The position numbers and the translations under genes were made by a program. This document shows, piece by piece, positions 11,391 through 23,682 of a stretch of 64,000 bases of DNA. Below the pieces are notes generated by a model. It ran no database searches. It worked only from the letters and a program-made list of their open reading frames with translations, and was not told where the DNA came from. This DNA comes from Haplodiscus bocki (lineage: Eukaryota), in assembly GCA_965655095.1 (NCBI GenBank), contig OZ296650.1, forward strand, positions 134,230,001 to 134,294,000, read 5' to 3'. Within the stretch, counting starts at the first letter, position 1. Each line of letters starts with the position of its first letter.

Positions 11391-12779
11391 GTGTGGAAGG
11401 TCGGGCGTTCACAAAGATATTAGCCTCTGCTGGTGAGAATGAAGTGAAAGTCCAAACAGAACCTATTGTGAACGAAAAAATCGCCGGAGTCCAAACCAGC
11501 ATTACCAAAAAACGTCAGGATGATGATAAACGCAAATCTGTAACGGGCAGAATTGTTAGCATAACTGTATGCTTGTGGTGGGCTTTGCAGTTGCCGTACG
11601 TTTGCACAAACATAGATTTCATTCATGTACCAACAGTTCCCAAAGAGTTCAGATCAGGAATAGTGATTGAAAAAAAAATTGCGAGCACCATGAACTTCAG
11701 TGCTGTTTTTGCCGAAGCTGTTCGAATTCGGAATTTCTGAAGCTTCCAAAACATCGACAATTAACAAAAAATCAAGAATTGTTGTTGGCAGATGTGGAAG
11801 CGAGTTCAATTACGCCTGACAAAGTGACCATTTTTGGCCTGAGACCACCGGAGCTTCTGTTTGTCAGCAGTTTGAAAAGTTATTTCAGTTGGTTCGTTAG
11901 ATTCAAATACAACATTTCGAAAGGGAAAAGTAGTCATGAGATTTTGTTGAGCCGTGCATCGTGTAATGAGTTTTGGGTTGATTGCCTTGGATACGTAATC
12001 AAGATACGCCCACCCGCTATCTTTGATTTTCTTGATTTTTGTGCAACAAGAAGTGGTAACCCGAGGGACGAATTTTTGAAAGAGGAGTGCCGCAAACACA
12101 TTGTCCCCAAATTGCAAGGAGCCAACAGTTGCCCCAGACTAGTGGCGTACAATCTTTGTTTCTCAGATCAAAAAGCCATAGTGGTTTTCACAAATACTCT
12201 GCCCAGTAGTCCAACAAAGTTCTTGTTGCACTTTGTGCTAACATTTGGTTCGTTTGACACCGAACTGGACATTCTCTGTTTCATCTCTCGGGGAATCTTT
12301 TGTAGCTGCCAAACTGGTGGAGCGTAACAACATTACTGTATCAGTCGTCCGTCTACTAGCTCGCCGGTACCTTTTGCAACAGCTCCGCTTTGTGCCAGGA
12401 TCCTCTAAACTCATAGACAAGTTTTTGTTGATGGCAAACAGCGTTCTAGGAGAAGCACTGTTAGAAAACAATTTGTATTTTGCATCCGGGGTACCAGCTG
12501 TCTTAGATCGCACTTTTTCTGCCGACTCCGAAGAAAATATTGCTGTAGATTTGACAATGAACAAGAGTAGATTGGTGGAGTTCTTACACACATGTCAAAT
12601 GGGACTTCCAAGCGAAGAAAGTATGATAGATGCTTCTGTAACTGCACCCGTTGCATGGAAACCCGACTTTGGTAGACATCCTAGCCAGAGAGTGAAGTCG
12701 TACTGTGAACAGACTAAGATTTTGAAACATTTAGTTGAAATCGTGGACTTGTACAGAGGAGGAACACAAAATTTCGTCA

Positions 12780-14070
12780 GACATCAAATCATTGCAGGGG
12801 CACCAGGAACGGGAAAAACGTTCATCATGTTGAGAGCTCTGAGTTATGCAATAAGTCAAGGACTCAATTGCATGGTAACTTCGCTGGCGGCCGAAAGGTC
12901 GGCTGCTTTAGCTGGCAAGCATCTGAACGCTCTCATTCCTTTCCCGGTGGAAAAAAATGGAACTGTTAATTCTTTGTCTCGAGTAGCTTTGTCCAGCTTG
13001 CAGAAATCACCGGACAAAAGTCGGTTACTCCAGAATTTGGATGTATTGTTCGTTGAAGAGATTTCGATGATCTCTAGTGAACTTTGGGCGGCCACGGACC
13101 ACGTTTTCCAAATCATCTGCTCGAACTACGTGCCATTTGCTGGGAAACTAATCATTGCCACAGGAGATTTTTTTCAACTTCCTCCACCAAAAGGAAGTTG
13201 TCTGATCAGTTCTTCATTCCCTTTAACAACTTTTCATTTTAGTTTCCTCCAACACTTTGTGCGTATGCAAAATGAAACAGGTCAGAAAGTTTTGTCACTC
13301 ATGTCAACTTTTCCCAGAACAACTGCCATGGGAAAGCAAATTTGGAATTTGATCGAGCGAAATTGCAATTTCGTAGAATGTTGGGATGACGTACCAAATG
13401 ATGCAATTCGAATTTTTGCTACTCGCAAAGCAGAAAGATATGCGACGTTGAAAAAAATTAATCAAGTGAAAGACAGTGGTTCCCAGTTCCATGAAAGTTC
13501 ATCGACAGATGAAATGTGCGTGTCAAGTACGGACAACTGGATAGAAGCTTCTGGAGCGGTAACAAAGTTTCTAAACAAGAAATGTTTGGAGCCACAATCG
13601 TTGTTTCTGTTCCTCGGAGCAATTCTCCGACTCACCGTGAACAAGCCAAATGTGATGGCTTTCCAAGGACAACTCTGTGTTTTGGTCTCCCTGGACTCAT
13701 TGGCTGACAACGGAACAGTAACTGTTGCCTTGGCACCTGCTGGTTGCCGATCTATTCCACCAGTCTCTGTAATACGAAGTACCTGGAGATGTATTGTCCT
13801 TGCAAAAGAAATTGGAGTGAACATTCGTCTAAACCACAGGACTATTTGTCGCAGAATCCAATTCCCCCTCAAATTGTACGTGGCGTCAACTATTCATAAA
13901 ACTATGGGCGAAACACTCCCAACAGTTGCTACGCAGATTGTTGGAGCTCAAGAGTTTTCTCTTTGGCTGCCGGAGCAACTATACGTAGTAATGAGTCGTG
14001 TTCGATCACTGGCGGATATCACTTTCGTGGGATCGAAGCAGTCCAACGAAGGAGCCATCCTGAGTTTGCT
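12780..14070 (+). other. PIF1-like SF1B helicase domain
   Basis: GAPGTGKT (12797-12820), VEEISM, GDFFQLPP, QFPLKLYVASTIHK and QLYVVMSRV. Confidence 0.9.
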
Positions 14071-14194
14071 GAGTAAAAAGTCACAGTGGTCGGAGCTGAG
14101 TACCGAAATCCTCCAGAAGTGTTCTTCCCGTGACCCAACGATCTTCCATGGTGCTACAAACCCTTTTCCATCAACCATCAGTATACCGCAGGAG

Positions 14195-14440
14195 ATTGTT
14201 GGCTACTGTTACCTTATTCAGAGCGTCCCCCAAAACAACTTGTTATATATTGGTTCAACAATGTGCCTCAATCGACGAATTCGTGAACATAATGTTGGCT
14301 TGGGAGCATCATTCACACAGGATCCCTCTCGAAGACCTTGGGTTTTGTGTGCTTATGTGACCGGCTTTCTTGCAAGCAGCTCAACGGATCGAATAAGGTT
14401 TTTTGAAAAACAGTGGCTTGAGGCAGTTACTAAAGTGCTT
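14195..14440 (+). other. GIY-YIG endonuclease domain (SLX1/UPF0213-like)
   Basis: GYCYLI...YIGST..LNRRIREHN.G.GASFT...RRPWVL..YVTGF...FEKQW. Confidence 0.85.
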
Positions 14441-15496
14441 AACTTGAGGAAGAAGAACGTCTCCCTCCCGAATGCATTGTCAACAGCAGAAAACTTAATC
14501 ATAAATTGGCCTCATAAAGAAGATGTCTTGAAATTGGTAGCTTGCTGTAATCAGCCCATATTACCTTAGTACCTTAGAGAAACACTCACAAACTACTTAT
14601 CAAATGATTCGTCGACTGTGAAATGTGACCAAGTGAATGCCTTCTCACAAAAAAACTTGAAGTTCATTATTTAATCAACACCTGAAGTGAATATTTAAAC
14701 GTCCAACGTATATCTTCAATTTGTCCGGTGGTTTCGAGAGGTGCACGTATGAAGTTTTTCGTATGTGTGTTTTTGCTTTTTGTTGCGTTTAAAGAACGCT
14801 GAATTTGTTAATTCTAAATGTTGTTTCTCTTGCTAATTACAACAATTCAATTGTTCGATTTGTGATGTCTTTGAGAGTAGTCTGCAGAATATTTAGCCAA
14901 CGTACTCTTTTCCATTGAGCTTAACGTTTAAGTAAGTTTAATACAAAACTTTCTCGACATTATTCATTTGCGGAAAAGAATTTGCTGCACTTTTCCATGC
15001 TGCACTTTGCTGCACAACATGCTTTTTGGAACCTTAAAATAGGTACATTAGGTTTTCATAAACTGCACCTTAACAATGAACGTTCCTGATTGCCCACTGT
15101 ATTTAAAGTTGATTGATTACTAAATTTAACTTTTTGCACTGCATTTTTAGCGTATGCTTGTCGAACACTTTCTTTTTTGTTTGTCCTAATAACGATATAC
15201 TCCCAGATAATGTATGATAAAAGCCCTGTACTTCTTCTTGTTTCGACCGCAAGGTGAAACACTTGGTAAAACGTTAATTCTATACCAAAAAGCAGACATA
15301 CTCAAATGAGCAAATAAATATTTAGAGCTTCTGGAACAAAGTTATTTTCAGCTCTTGCGTTTTATACTCCAACATAATGCTAATGACAGTTGTTTTGTGT
15401 GTTCCATCATAGTGTACCTATGCTGTTGGAATCATTATTTGTCGTTTTTTTTGTCTTCGCCCCTTGTCGTTGCTTTTCAATGTTCTGCAGATCGAA

Positions 15497-16261
15497 ATGA
15501 AACATCTTATCATAGCTGATTCTCTTGGAAGAAGACTTGCCAGGAAGCACGAAAACCTGGAAGTGAAGTTCTTCCCTGGTGCCACGGCATCTTGCCGTGG
15601 GGTAATTGACTGTTTAAGAAACCTAACAACGTTTTATGAATCAATCATTCTGTTCATCGGGGGAAATGGACTTACAAGCCGGGGCAGACAACGGGGAAAG
15701 AGTCCTGAGCAAGTGAGTAATTTATTCAACACAATGTCAAATTGCTTGCGACTGAAAACGTTTTAGAAAAATACTGGTTGCAACATCAGGGTGCATTGTG
15801 TATGAGTCGATACGCGGGCAATATTTCCCTGCGAAAACATTTTCCAATTAATGACCAGAGCTTCAAATGCAACTGAAAGTATTTTCTTTTTATTTTCTCC
15901 AAAATTTGAAGAAAGTTGAACAAAATCAGACGAAGTGCATCTTCAGCTAAAAAAATTTGTTAACTCTTAGGTGGTTCGAGACATTATGTACCTCGTGCGT
16001 CTGGCCACTCCAATGTGTTACAGAGTATACTGTCTGGCTCTAGTCATGAGATCCGAACCTTGCTTCCTAGATATCAAAAGGGTGAACGATGGACTCAGAA
16101 ACTCTTCGAGTCAATACAATTTTGTGTCGGTTGCTAGCAAAATGAGCTCCGAGAGGAATTTGATGGATGGTTTGCATTTATCTCGTCACGGTGTTTCCAA
16201 CTTGATGTACATTCTAAAGAAAAGAGTTTTGGGTACTGTACTACGTTTTTCTGACCTGTGA
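15497..16261 (+). CDS. SGNH/GDSL hydrolase-like protein, 168 aa, two exons (15497-15712, 15971-16261)
   Basis: A phase-0 intron (gtgagt at 15713 to cttag at 15970) joins two ORFs in frame. Blocks IIADSL, FPGAT, IGGNGL and DGLHLS match SGNH blocks I, II, III and V. Confidence 0.8.
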
Positions 16262-17584
16262 TAAGTACAAGTAACAAAACCTTCGTGAAGTAGTTGTTGA
16301 TTAATGAACGCAGTCTCTAACATGGTACCCTGTGTTTGATTTTTTGGTAATGGCGTGTTTGTTCCCTTTCCTCGTTCTTTTATTTCAAATTATGAAAGTT
16401 GACTGGAAAATTGTCATAATGTGGCCGACAAAATTCTGATCAATTGTAACTGTTTAATGCCCACTGTTTTAACAGAGCGTCGCAGAATACGTACACCTGC
16501 TCATTGTCGACTGGGGTTCTGAAAGCAATCACATCCTTTTGCAGCTGAAAGAGAGAAAAAAGTGTAGTGGTAAACTTGGACGACCAATGTTATGAAGGCT
16601 TCTTTCAGTAAATTCGATTAAACAGATATTCCTATTTTATCATGCAGCAAACAAATGGGACTTATTGGTTGTTTTACTGTGCATACAATTGGAATCGACT
16701 TTAAAGTGATCTGAGTTTTTAGTTTTTGTAACTTCTTAACAAAGTTAAATGATTTTCTTGAATAAATGTCGGTGTATTTCGTGAAAACTTTGAATTTGGC
16801 ATGTTGTGTTGTTTTTTTCTGTATGTTAGTTTCTTTCAGTTACGTTTTTCCATAAACTTTGAATACTGCTAAACCTATGATTGTTGCTCTTTGCTCAGCA
16901 TTGACTTTATGCCTGTTGTTTTTTTGTAGCTAATTGAACTTCTCATTGAAATGAAACATTCCACAGATTACTTGCCTTGAAATATTGTTTTACGTAGCTT
17001 CAAGCTAACTTCATTTGTTTAAGTCAAAAAATGCCGATTGTTTCATTTCTTTTGAATTGCTCTCATTGTCTGTGCAATGAATTGTTTTTTTTAAAAAAAA
17101 CTTTTTCTTTCATGTTAGACTGGTTGTCATATAAAAGAACATTTTTATCCTGAATTAACACGTTTTCAATCCGTATACTCTTTTCATTTGCATTTACAGC
17201 CATTAATATTCAGTGAAAGTTCATTGAAGATTGTAATTGTGACCAAACATACTCCTCATTCACTAAAGACTGAACTTTCAGACCGTTGAAACGTGAAAAA
17301 ATGTTGAAAGAAGTCAGTTGCACCATTTGCGTGGCATCACTTAAAGGAACATGTAAATTTTTTCAATAGAAAAATAGCAAGAACTTTTCTATCAAACATT
17401 TTAATGTATACTAACGATACTCACTGTGACGTGGAATTTTAATGAAATTGTATTTGATCATGTTGAACTTCATCTTGTTTGTTTTAAATTTTGAGAAAAA
17501 TTAGTTCTGCGTCCTGGATAGGTTGACAAAATGTCACTGTGTAAACCGCGTTGTATAAGATGATGCTTGAAGAGATTGTTCCAG

Positions 17585-18597
17585 ATGATGACCACCCGTG
17601 TAAATACGGCCCAAATAACTGCTCCCAATTTCTTGCGCAACAGTGAGAACACATATATCCGAGGTGTTGTTTTGGTTTTTAAAAAATTTGATCGTCCCCT
17701 ACAGTTATTTCGACCGCAAGCTGTAAAAGCTAAAAGAATGACCCCTGACACAAACTATGATCGCCTAATCATCATCGGCGAAATCCAGACGCGAGAATGC
17801 TTTGCAATAATAGCAGATTCTGCGCAGAAAAGTTCACTCCTTTTTGCTGACCGAAAATTAACTATTGGTGCCATCGTTGATGTGAAAGAAGCTATTTTTT
17901 CCAACTCCTGCCTTGGTAACGATCGAACCAATCAATTTTCAACGTGTCTCTTCCGTTAGAGGTAGTTACCGACGACCTGCCAATGGAGCCTATTCCTATC
18001 GATTTGAATCCCTCGACGGGTGCAATGTTCCACTTCTGTCTCCCACACCGACCCCTTTCGTTTTTGCACGCTATTCCTGTGTTTCCGACTTGTTCCGGTT
18101 TTTTGTGCGACAGAAGAAATAGAAAAAACGAAAGCATTTGTGCATGTTTGCAAAAATCAACTTTGTCAGCATGGGTCATGTCAGCAAGGGTAGTTAGTCA
18201 GGACATACTGAACGAAGACGATGATCCTCTAACAGGTGATATTCTGCAAAGTTTGTCATTGACCAAACTTTTTTGTGAGGAAGCTATCATTAGATCGGCA
18301 TACACATCAATTGACAGGGGACTTTTGAGAGAAGCTGTCATGCGTGTTGCTAACCATGTTAATAACAATGGTGGGTGGAGAGTGTCAGGCTTCTACAAAA
18401 CTGCTTTAACAGAAGAAAACATTGCGCAAAATGTTCAAAGGGTGAGAATTTGTCGAATCACTCCAGCGATTGAGATCCCTGTGAACTTGAAGTACAATGT
18501 GATTCCTTGGAATGGAGATGATACAAACCAGCCACCACAACTTTTTCACGCTAACGCAAATTTGCCGGCAAGTAACAATGCAAACAACATGAGATGA
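17585..18597 (+). pseudogene. OB-like accessory gene of element A, 1-nt deletion at ~17932
   Basis: ORFs 17567..17959 and 17944..18597 together are nearly identical to 641..1654; aatcc has become aatc. Confidence 0.85.
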
Positions 18598-19344
18598 ACA
18601 CTTAATTGAACCAACAAAACTCAAACAAATCTTATGTCAATCACTGTTGTGATAATTTTTACTACAGTTACAAATACTTGATTACCAGTTCAACACAGGT
18701 ATTAGAGACATTTAAAACAAGGTGCAATGAATCATTCAGCAAGCTACCGAAAGTTGTTTGCATGCAACATCGACTGTCACAAGGCATTCGACCGTAAGGT
18801 GTTTGCCCAAAACTAATAGATCAATTGTCGTTAAAGAAAATGAGAGTTGTCATGAAGTGGATTTGTTTTATGTGCATCCAATTGAACTTACAAGGGTTGC
18901 TACCATTCAAGATACTTAGATTTCACTTTGTATTACTGGTCAACTTTATTTAGCACAGTTTATGTTGTTTTCTGTAGTTGATACGTATAATGTTCATTAA
19001 AAATTAAATGGGTCATTCAGGAAAAGTTTGTGTGCAGCTCTTTATAACTAATCACCTCAAATCTAATTCAATGTCCACTGAGACAGAAAATTTGCTACAG
19101 TTTTGTATAATTTTAACATAATTTTGAAAATTTCTGTTACAAATAATTCGGAATTGAAAGAAAAAACTGCAACGAGTTTTTATGAATTGGCCCAAGTAAA
19201 AATTTTGCGTCACCGACATTTTCCCAGCCCAATAGTTCAGTACAAACTTTCAGCAATGCTTGATTCCCGCCTTCAGAATGTTGACGGATTTCAGATGAAG
19301 TAGAGAAACTGACCTTTTACCTGGTTTTTCTTCTTCCACGAAAA

Positions 19345-19855
19345 ATCGTCATAACCGTCATTATTTTCGGCAATTTGACCAAAACTGTTTTTTTTTGTCG
19401 AAAAATTATCTTTCATTTGACACAGGTCCCGTCACGTTTTGACGAAAGCTTACATCACTTTTTTAACATCAAATTGGGAGAAATGACAAAATGATCGATT
19501 TTGGCCTATTTTTGACAAATTTGAAAGGTCATATCTCCTAGGGTAAAAGGCCCAGGCCAAAAATTTTTGGCATGTAGGTAGTTGACAACAATTGTGCTTC
19601 ACACAAAAAAATTGGGTCCGATGCTATGGTTAAAGTGTGGAGATATTGCGAAAAAAACATCGAAACCTGCCAAAAAACAGGATCATTGCGTCATATCTCC
19701 CCAACCAAAAGAAAACAAATGATGTAAGTGCCAAAAAACTTCATACATCGGCGGACTCAATCCACATGCATAGTTTGATCAAAATCGTATGGTTAGGTTT
19801 CGAGATCGTGTTTTCTGCGGGTGGGTGCGGGTAAGTGTAAACTTGATTTTTGAAG
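19345..19855 (+). repeat. Subterminal module of element A
   Basis: Near-copy of 2420-2927. Confidence 0.75.
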
Positions 19856-19955
19856 CTCGGCACAGGGCCCCTCCCCCGCCTCGCAATACTGTTTTGTGGA
19901 GCTTAAGAGCGTGACCACCCAGTGGAGGCAAAGGTACCGTTCGCTAGAAAGGCCC
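19856..19955 (+). other. Junction motif J2 (A | C)
   Basis: Core TGACCACCCAGTGGAGGC at 19912-19929 and CTAG at 19944-19947. Similarity to the J1 flank ends here. Confidence 0.85.
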
Positions 19956-21095
19956 AGTGATTGTTGGATAGAAAGCTGTCAACACCAATTGTAATGGATT
20001 TTTGTCATAAAAGTAAAAAAAAAAGGACAACTCTCATTCTGGACACAACAGAAGCTAAAACCGTTCAAGAAATGAACAACAAAAGCCAAAACTGACAATA
20101 AGACCCTACTTTATCAAAGAAAAACCATTGAGTAAAAGTATGCTTTCCAACTCGTATTGAAAAAAACCAGGTCCGAAAACAACAATTAAATTTTCAGAAG
20201 AAACATAAAAGACAAAACAGCTGTATATGAAAAGTTTCAAAGCTCCTACACGTTTTCCCATTTGTAAATGTTTCTAAAAGATCGATATGTGTACATAGCA
20301 AAACGAGGCTCATACACTGACGAATTTTTTCAACCTACTTCACTGTCCCATTTGAAACATGAAGTTCATCTCCGTTTAATCACTGCGACATTTTGAACAA
20401 CAAAAACATACACTTCTGTGAGCGTACCACTGACTAGGGACGTCGAAAAGACTTCACGGGTCATCCAAACTATGAATCGGTCCAATTCAGAGTAAATCTC
20501 ACTTTTAAAACTTTGAACACTTTCAAAGTTTTTTCATTTGTTTCTCCAACTTCATGAGTAAACTATTTCAACACAAGTGAAATCGCGAAACAAAAGTTCT
20601 AGCTAATTTGAGTAAAATGACAAAAAAACGTTGAACTTAACATTATCTTGACGAATTGGAGCATACATATGTCCCAATGCTAATGATAGCATCATTGATG
20701 AGAGACCACTGACTTGAGAAAATTACTTCCAAAGTGCATTACTAACATTGAAAAGCGTAGTGAAAATTTCACAAAACCTTCAACGTGGATTTTTGAAGTA
20801 AATCGAAGTACTAAACAGACTACGATGCAGGTTACTGCCATAACGAAAAAAGATTTAATTAGGTGACAAAACAACAGTTGTTTGCGTCTTTGTAATGTAT
20901 AACGAAAGAAAGTTTAAATGTAAAAGAGAGCATGTAAAATTGAGTTACTAAGGCAAATGTATTGAATTTATCGACGGCACTACAGAAGGACAATTGATGT
21001 AAGACTTTCAAAAAGGAACATCTTTCTATGTGTTCATTGTCATTCGACTTCACAAAGCACATATCCGTAGGGGATTTTAAAAAATCCATAACAAA

Positions 21096-22088
21096 TCAAT
21101 CACTCTGAACATTTGGGTTCGCATGTTGTAGTGGAGGTGGCCGATTGGGCGGTTGCCGAGCATTACCAATAGTATACTTCAAGTTGTTCGGGATTACCGA
21201 AGCTGGCATAAGACGACAAATTCTCACATGATGAACAGCCTGAGTAATTGACTCATCACTGACACTGGATTTGCTGTAGCCAGATATTCTCCAACCACCA
21301 TTATCGTTGACATATGCTGTCACCCTAGTCATTGATTCACGCAACAGATTCAATTCAACCGAGCTCGCTGGCAATCGCAGAACATCATTGCTGCAAAAAA
21401 ACGATGCCAATTGATGACTTTGGGTCATGTCTCCGCTCAGGAGATCGTCCGCTTCTTCTTCCACGTCCCTCGAAATGATGCGTGCGGCGACAGTCCACGA
21501 CGAAACTGAATTCTTCTGTAAGCAAGCGCACACCGTTTCACTTCTGAGAATACGGCGGTCGCACATAGTTCCAGAACACGTAGGTGATATAATGTTTCCA
21601 TGCAAAAACAACAAATATCTACTGTTCAGAGTCTAATGGAACATTGCGGGTGTGCTGGGTAAGGAAATAATTGGAATTGGCGGAAAATCCTCATTGGTTA
21701 CGGTATTGATGACAACGATCGCCTGATGAGTTTCAATAATTGGATTATTTCGGTCATTCCCTAGACACGTGTTCGAATATATAGGCTCTGTAACCTCTAC
21801 AACAGAACCAACAGTCAGATGACGATCCGAAAAAAGTTTAGCAGACTTCTGCGCGGAAGCTGAGATGACAACAAAACAATCTTTACTATTCCATTGACCA
21901 ATAATAGCCATTCTGTCATATGTCCCTTCAGGAAGTGGCCGTTTCAATTTTGTAGCTTGAGGTCTAAACAACTGAAGTGGCCGATCACTCTTTTTCAGGA
22001 CCAAAACTATCCCCCTTATTACAGTGTTTTGGCTGTTGCGCAGGAAACCCTCGCCTGTAACTTCAGCAACAGTTACTTGTCTATTCAT
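21096..22088 (-). pseudogene. OB-like accessory gene of C, premature TAG at 21633
   Basis: ORFs 21633..22088 and 21096..21614 are in the same frame; D has TAC (Tyr) at the equivalent codon. Confidence 0.85.
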
Positions 22089-22754
22089 TTCTTAAAGAAT
22101 GCAAATTGATATATTCCAAACAAGAAAGTACACGATAAAAAAGACATGTCAAGTTTTGCAGTCTGATTTATTTTAAACGAAAAAACTCCCTATGAAGAAA
22201 GAAAAATTTTTGAAGAAAGAAAACTTGAGAAAATCCGTTTCTTTTATCAAAGCCTAGCAACTCTTCACTGCCGTCTATGGTACACTTTATGTGGAACGAA
22301 CTGAATCTGCAGCCATTTACCGGGTGTGTCCTCAAAACAGTTTTCCACTCCAAGGCAAAAAATAGTCGCACACTGAAAACCATATAAATTGAAACACAGA
22401 TAGTACATTAAACTCGACTTCCTCTCAACTAATTCTATTTCCAAAAACAAAACAGTTTACAACAGATTCCAGTAATAAAAAGTGCATGCGAAAAAGTTGT
22501 AAACAAAATGCCAAAAAAGCGTTCAGCATCAAATAACTTCATCAAAAGTAGAAACATACTTCAACTAAATCAAAGGAAGATCGCCAATTCATTATTCACA
22601 TTCATAAACCATATGGCAGCACAAATAGTGCAATTAAACAATAAAACCAAGTCAAGATAGAAATGACCGCATTACAAATGTTCACGTGGTGTTAAAACAC
22701 CGACGGACTTCCTAATCATCAAGTTATCTTCATGGAGCTCGCGGTAATTGATGC

Positions 22755-23682
22755 CTATGCCGATTCGTGCAACCCACATCTGTTTCTTTTGACCTGCAAA
22801 AAACACATACTCTCAAAAAAGTTTGCAAAGGACTTGCTTGTTTTCACGATAAATCGTGGAAACAAGCAATTGCTTTTATTGAAACATAACAAACTCTCCA
22901 GTCACACACTTCCAACTGCGGATTGGGTCCCCAGAAACTTTAAAATATTGATACTGAGTAAAGTGATAGTGTTATGCACGAAGTCTGTATGTACTCAGTT
23001 GGTTCGGATGTTCAATGTATCAACGGAGTAACCGCTGACGTTCATCTTTTCTTTCAAAACATCATCGGAAGTAAATATTCCTGCTTATCTTCTGAAATAT
23101 CAATAAAACAAAAACCAAAACACTAACTTTGTTTCGAAGATTATTGCGTCTATTCCGGGACCGACGCAAAGTCAAGTCCTGCAAGCCATTGTTCAACAGT
23201 GTTCTGGATACCATATGATTCTCTAACAAGCTATTCAAGTGCAGATCTTTACTTTCATCTAATAAAATTTTGTACCGTTTTGACAGAATCGATTTCATTT
23301 TCAAGAAAATAATTCCTGCTGGACAATTTTGTAAGAGGTCGTTTAAATTATGTGCTCCTGATCGTGGCAAATTGGAAAAAGCCACGACATTGAATTTTCT
23401 CAAGTAGGCCAGCTTACTGAAAAAAGCCTCAGGACTCATTGCCGGACTCTTCTTGCTTGACAAAGAGTTATTGACAGCATCATGCCAAATGATAACCTTT
23501 TTTCCATTCGTGTTGTAGAAATTCGATTCAAGAAGATAACATATGTTTTTTCCTGGCTGGTAGTTATTCAGTGAAGCATCCGAAATTGCACAAAATTGTG
23601 ATTCGAACGGATCAAATAGGTGAGGTTTCTCCTGTGCTGCCCAATAAAGGGACGAGGCCGCCAAAACAAAATATTCAGACAT
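22755..23682 (-). CDS. Divergent SGNH-fold-like protein of C; probable exons 23682-23128 and 22793-22755
   Basis: VLAASSL, AIS(G/D)ASL, WHDAVNNSL and DLHL resemble SGNH blocks. Conserved with D and E. A gttagt donor after ...RNK is shared by C, D and E, and a tttgcag acceptor gives VKRNRCGLHESA*. The last exon is inferred. Confidence 0.65.

Larger units (their letters stand above)
6478..14569 (+). pseudogene. RepHel polyprotein of element A (Zn-knuckle, OTU, HUH Rep, PIF1 helicase, GIY-YIG), ~2,700 aa, three frameshifts
   Basis: ORFs 6451..11073, 11039..11740, 11779..12327 and 12245..14569 are collinear with the longer ORFs of unit D. Breaks at ~11062 (A8 run), ~11735 (T run) and ~12272. Confidence 0.9.
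2991..19920 (+). mobile_element. Helitron-like element A (~16.9 kb): RepHel, SGNH and OB-like genes on +
   Basis: Bounded by junction cores at 2983 and 19912 (16,929 bp apart). Contains HUH Rep and PIF1 helicase motifs. Exact ends are uncertain within the junction. Confidence 0.85.

Noticed and set aside
6478-14569. Prokaryotic IS91/ISCR, plasmid relaxase or virus
   Set aside because: Spliceosomal introns, the OTU-Rep-PIF1 architecture and the absence of capsid, polymerase or conjugation genes fit a eukaryotic Helitron-like element.
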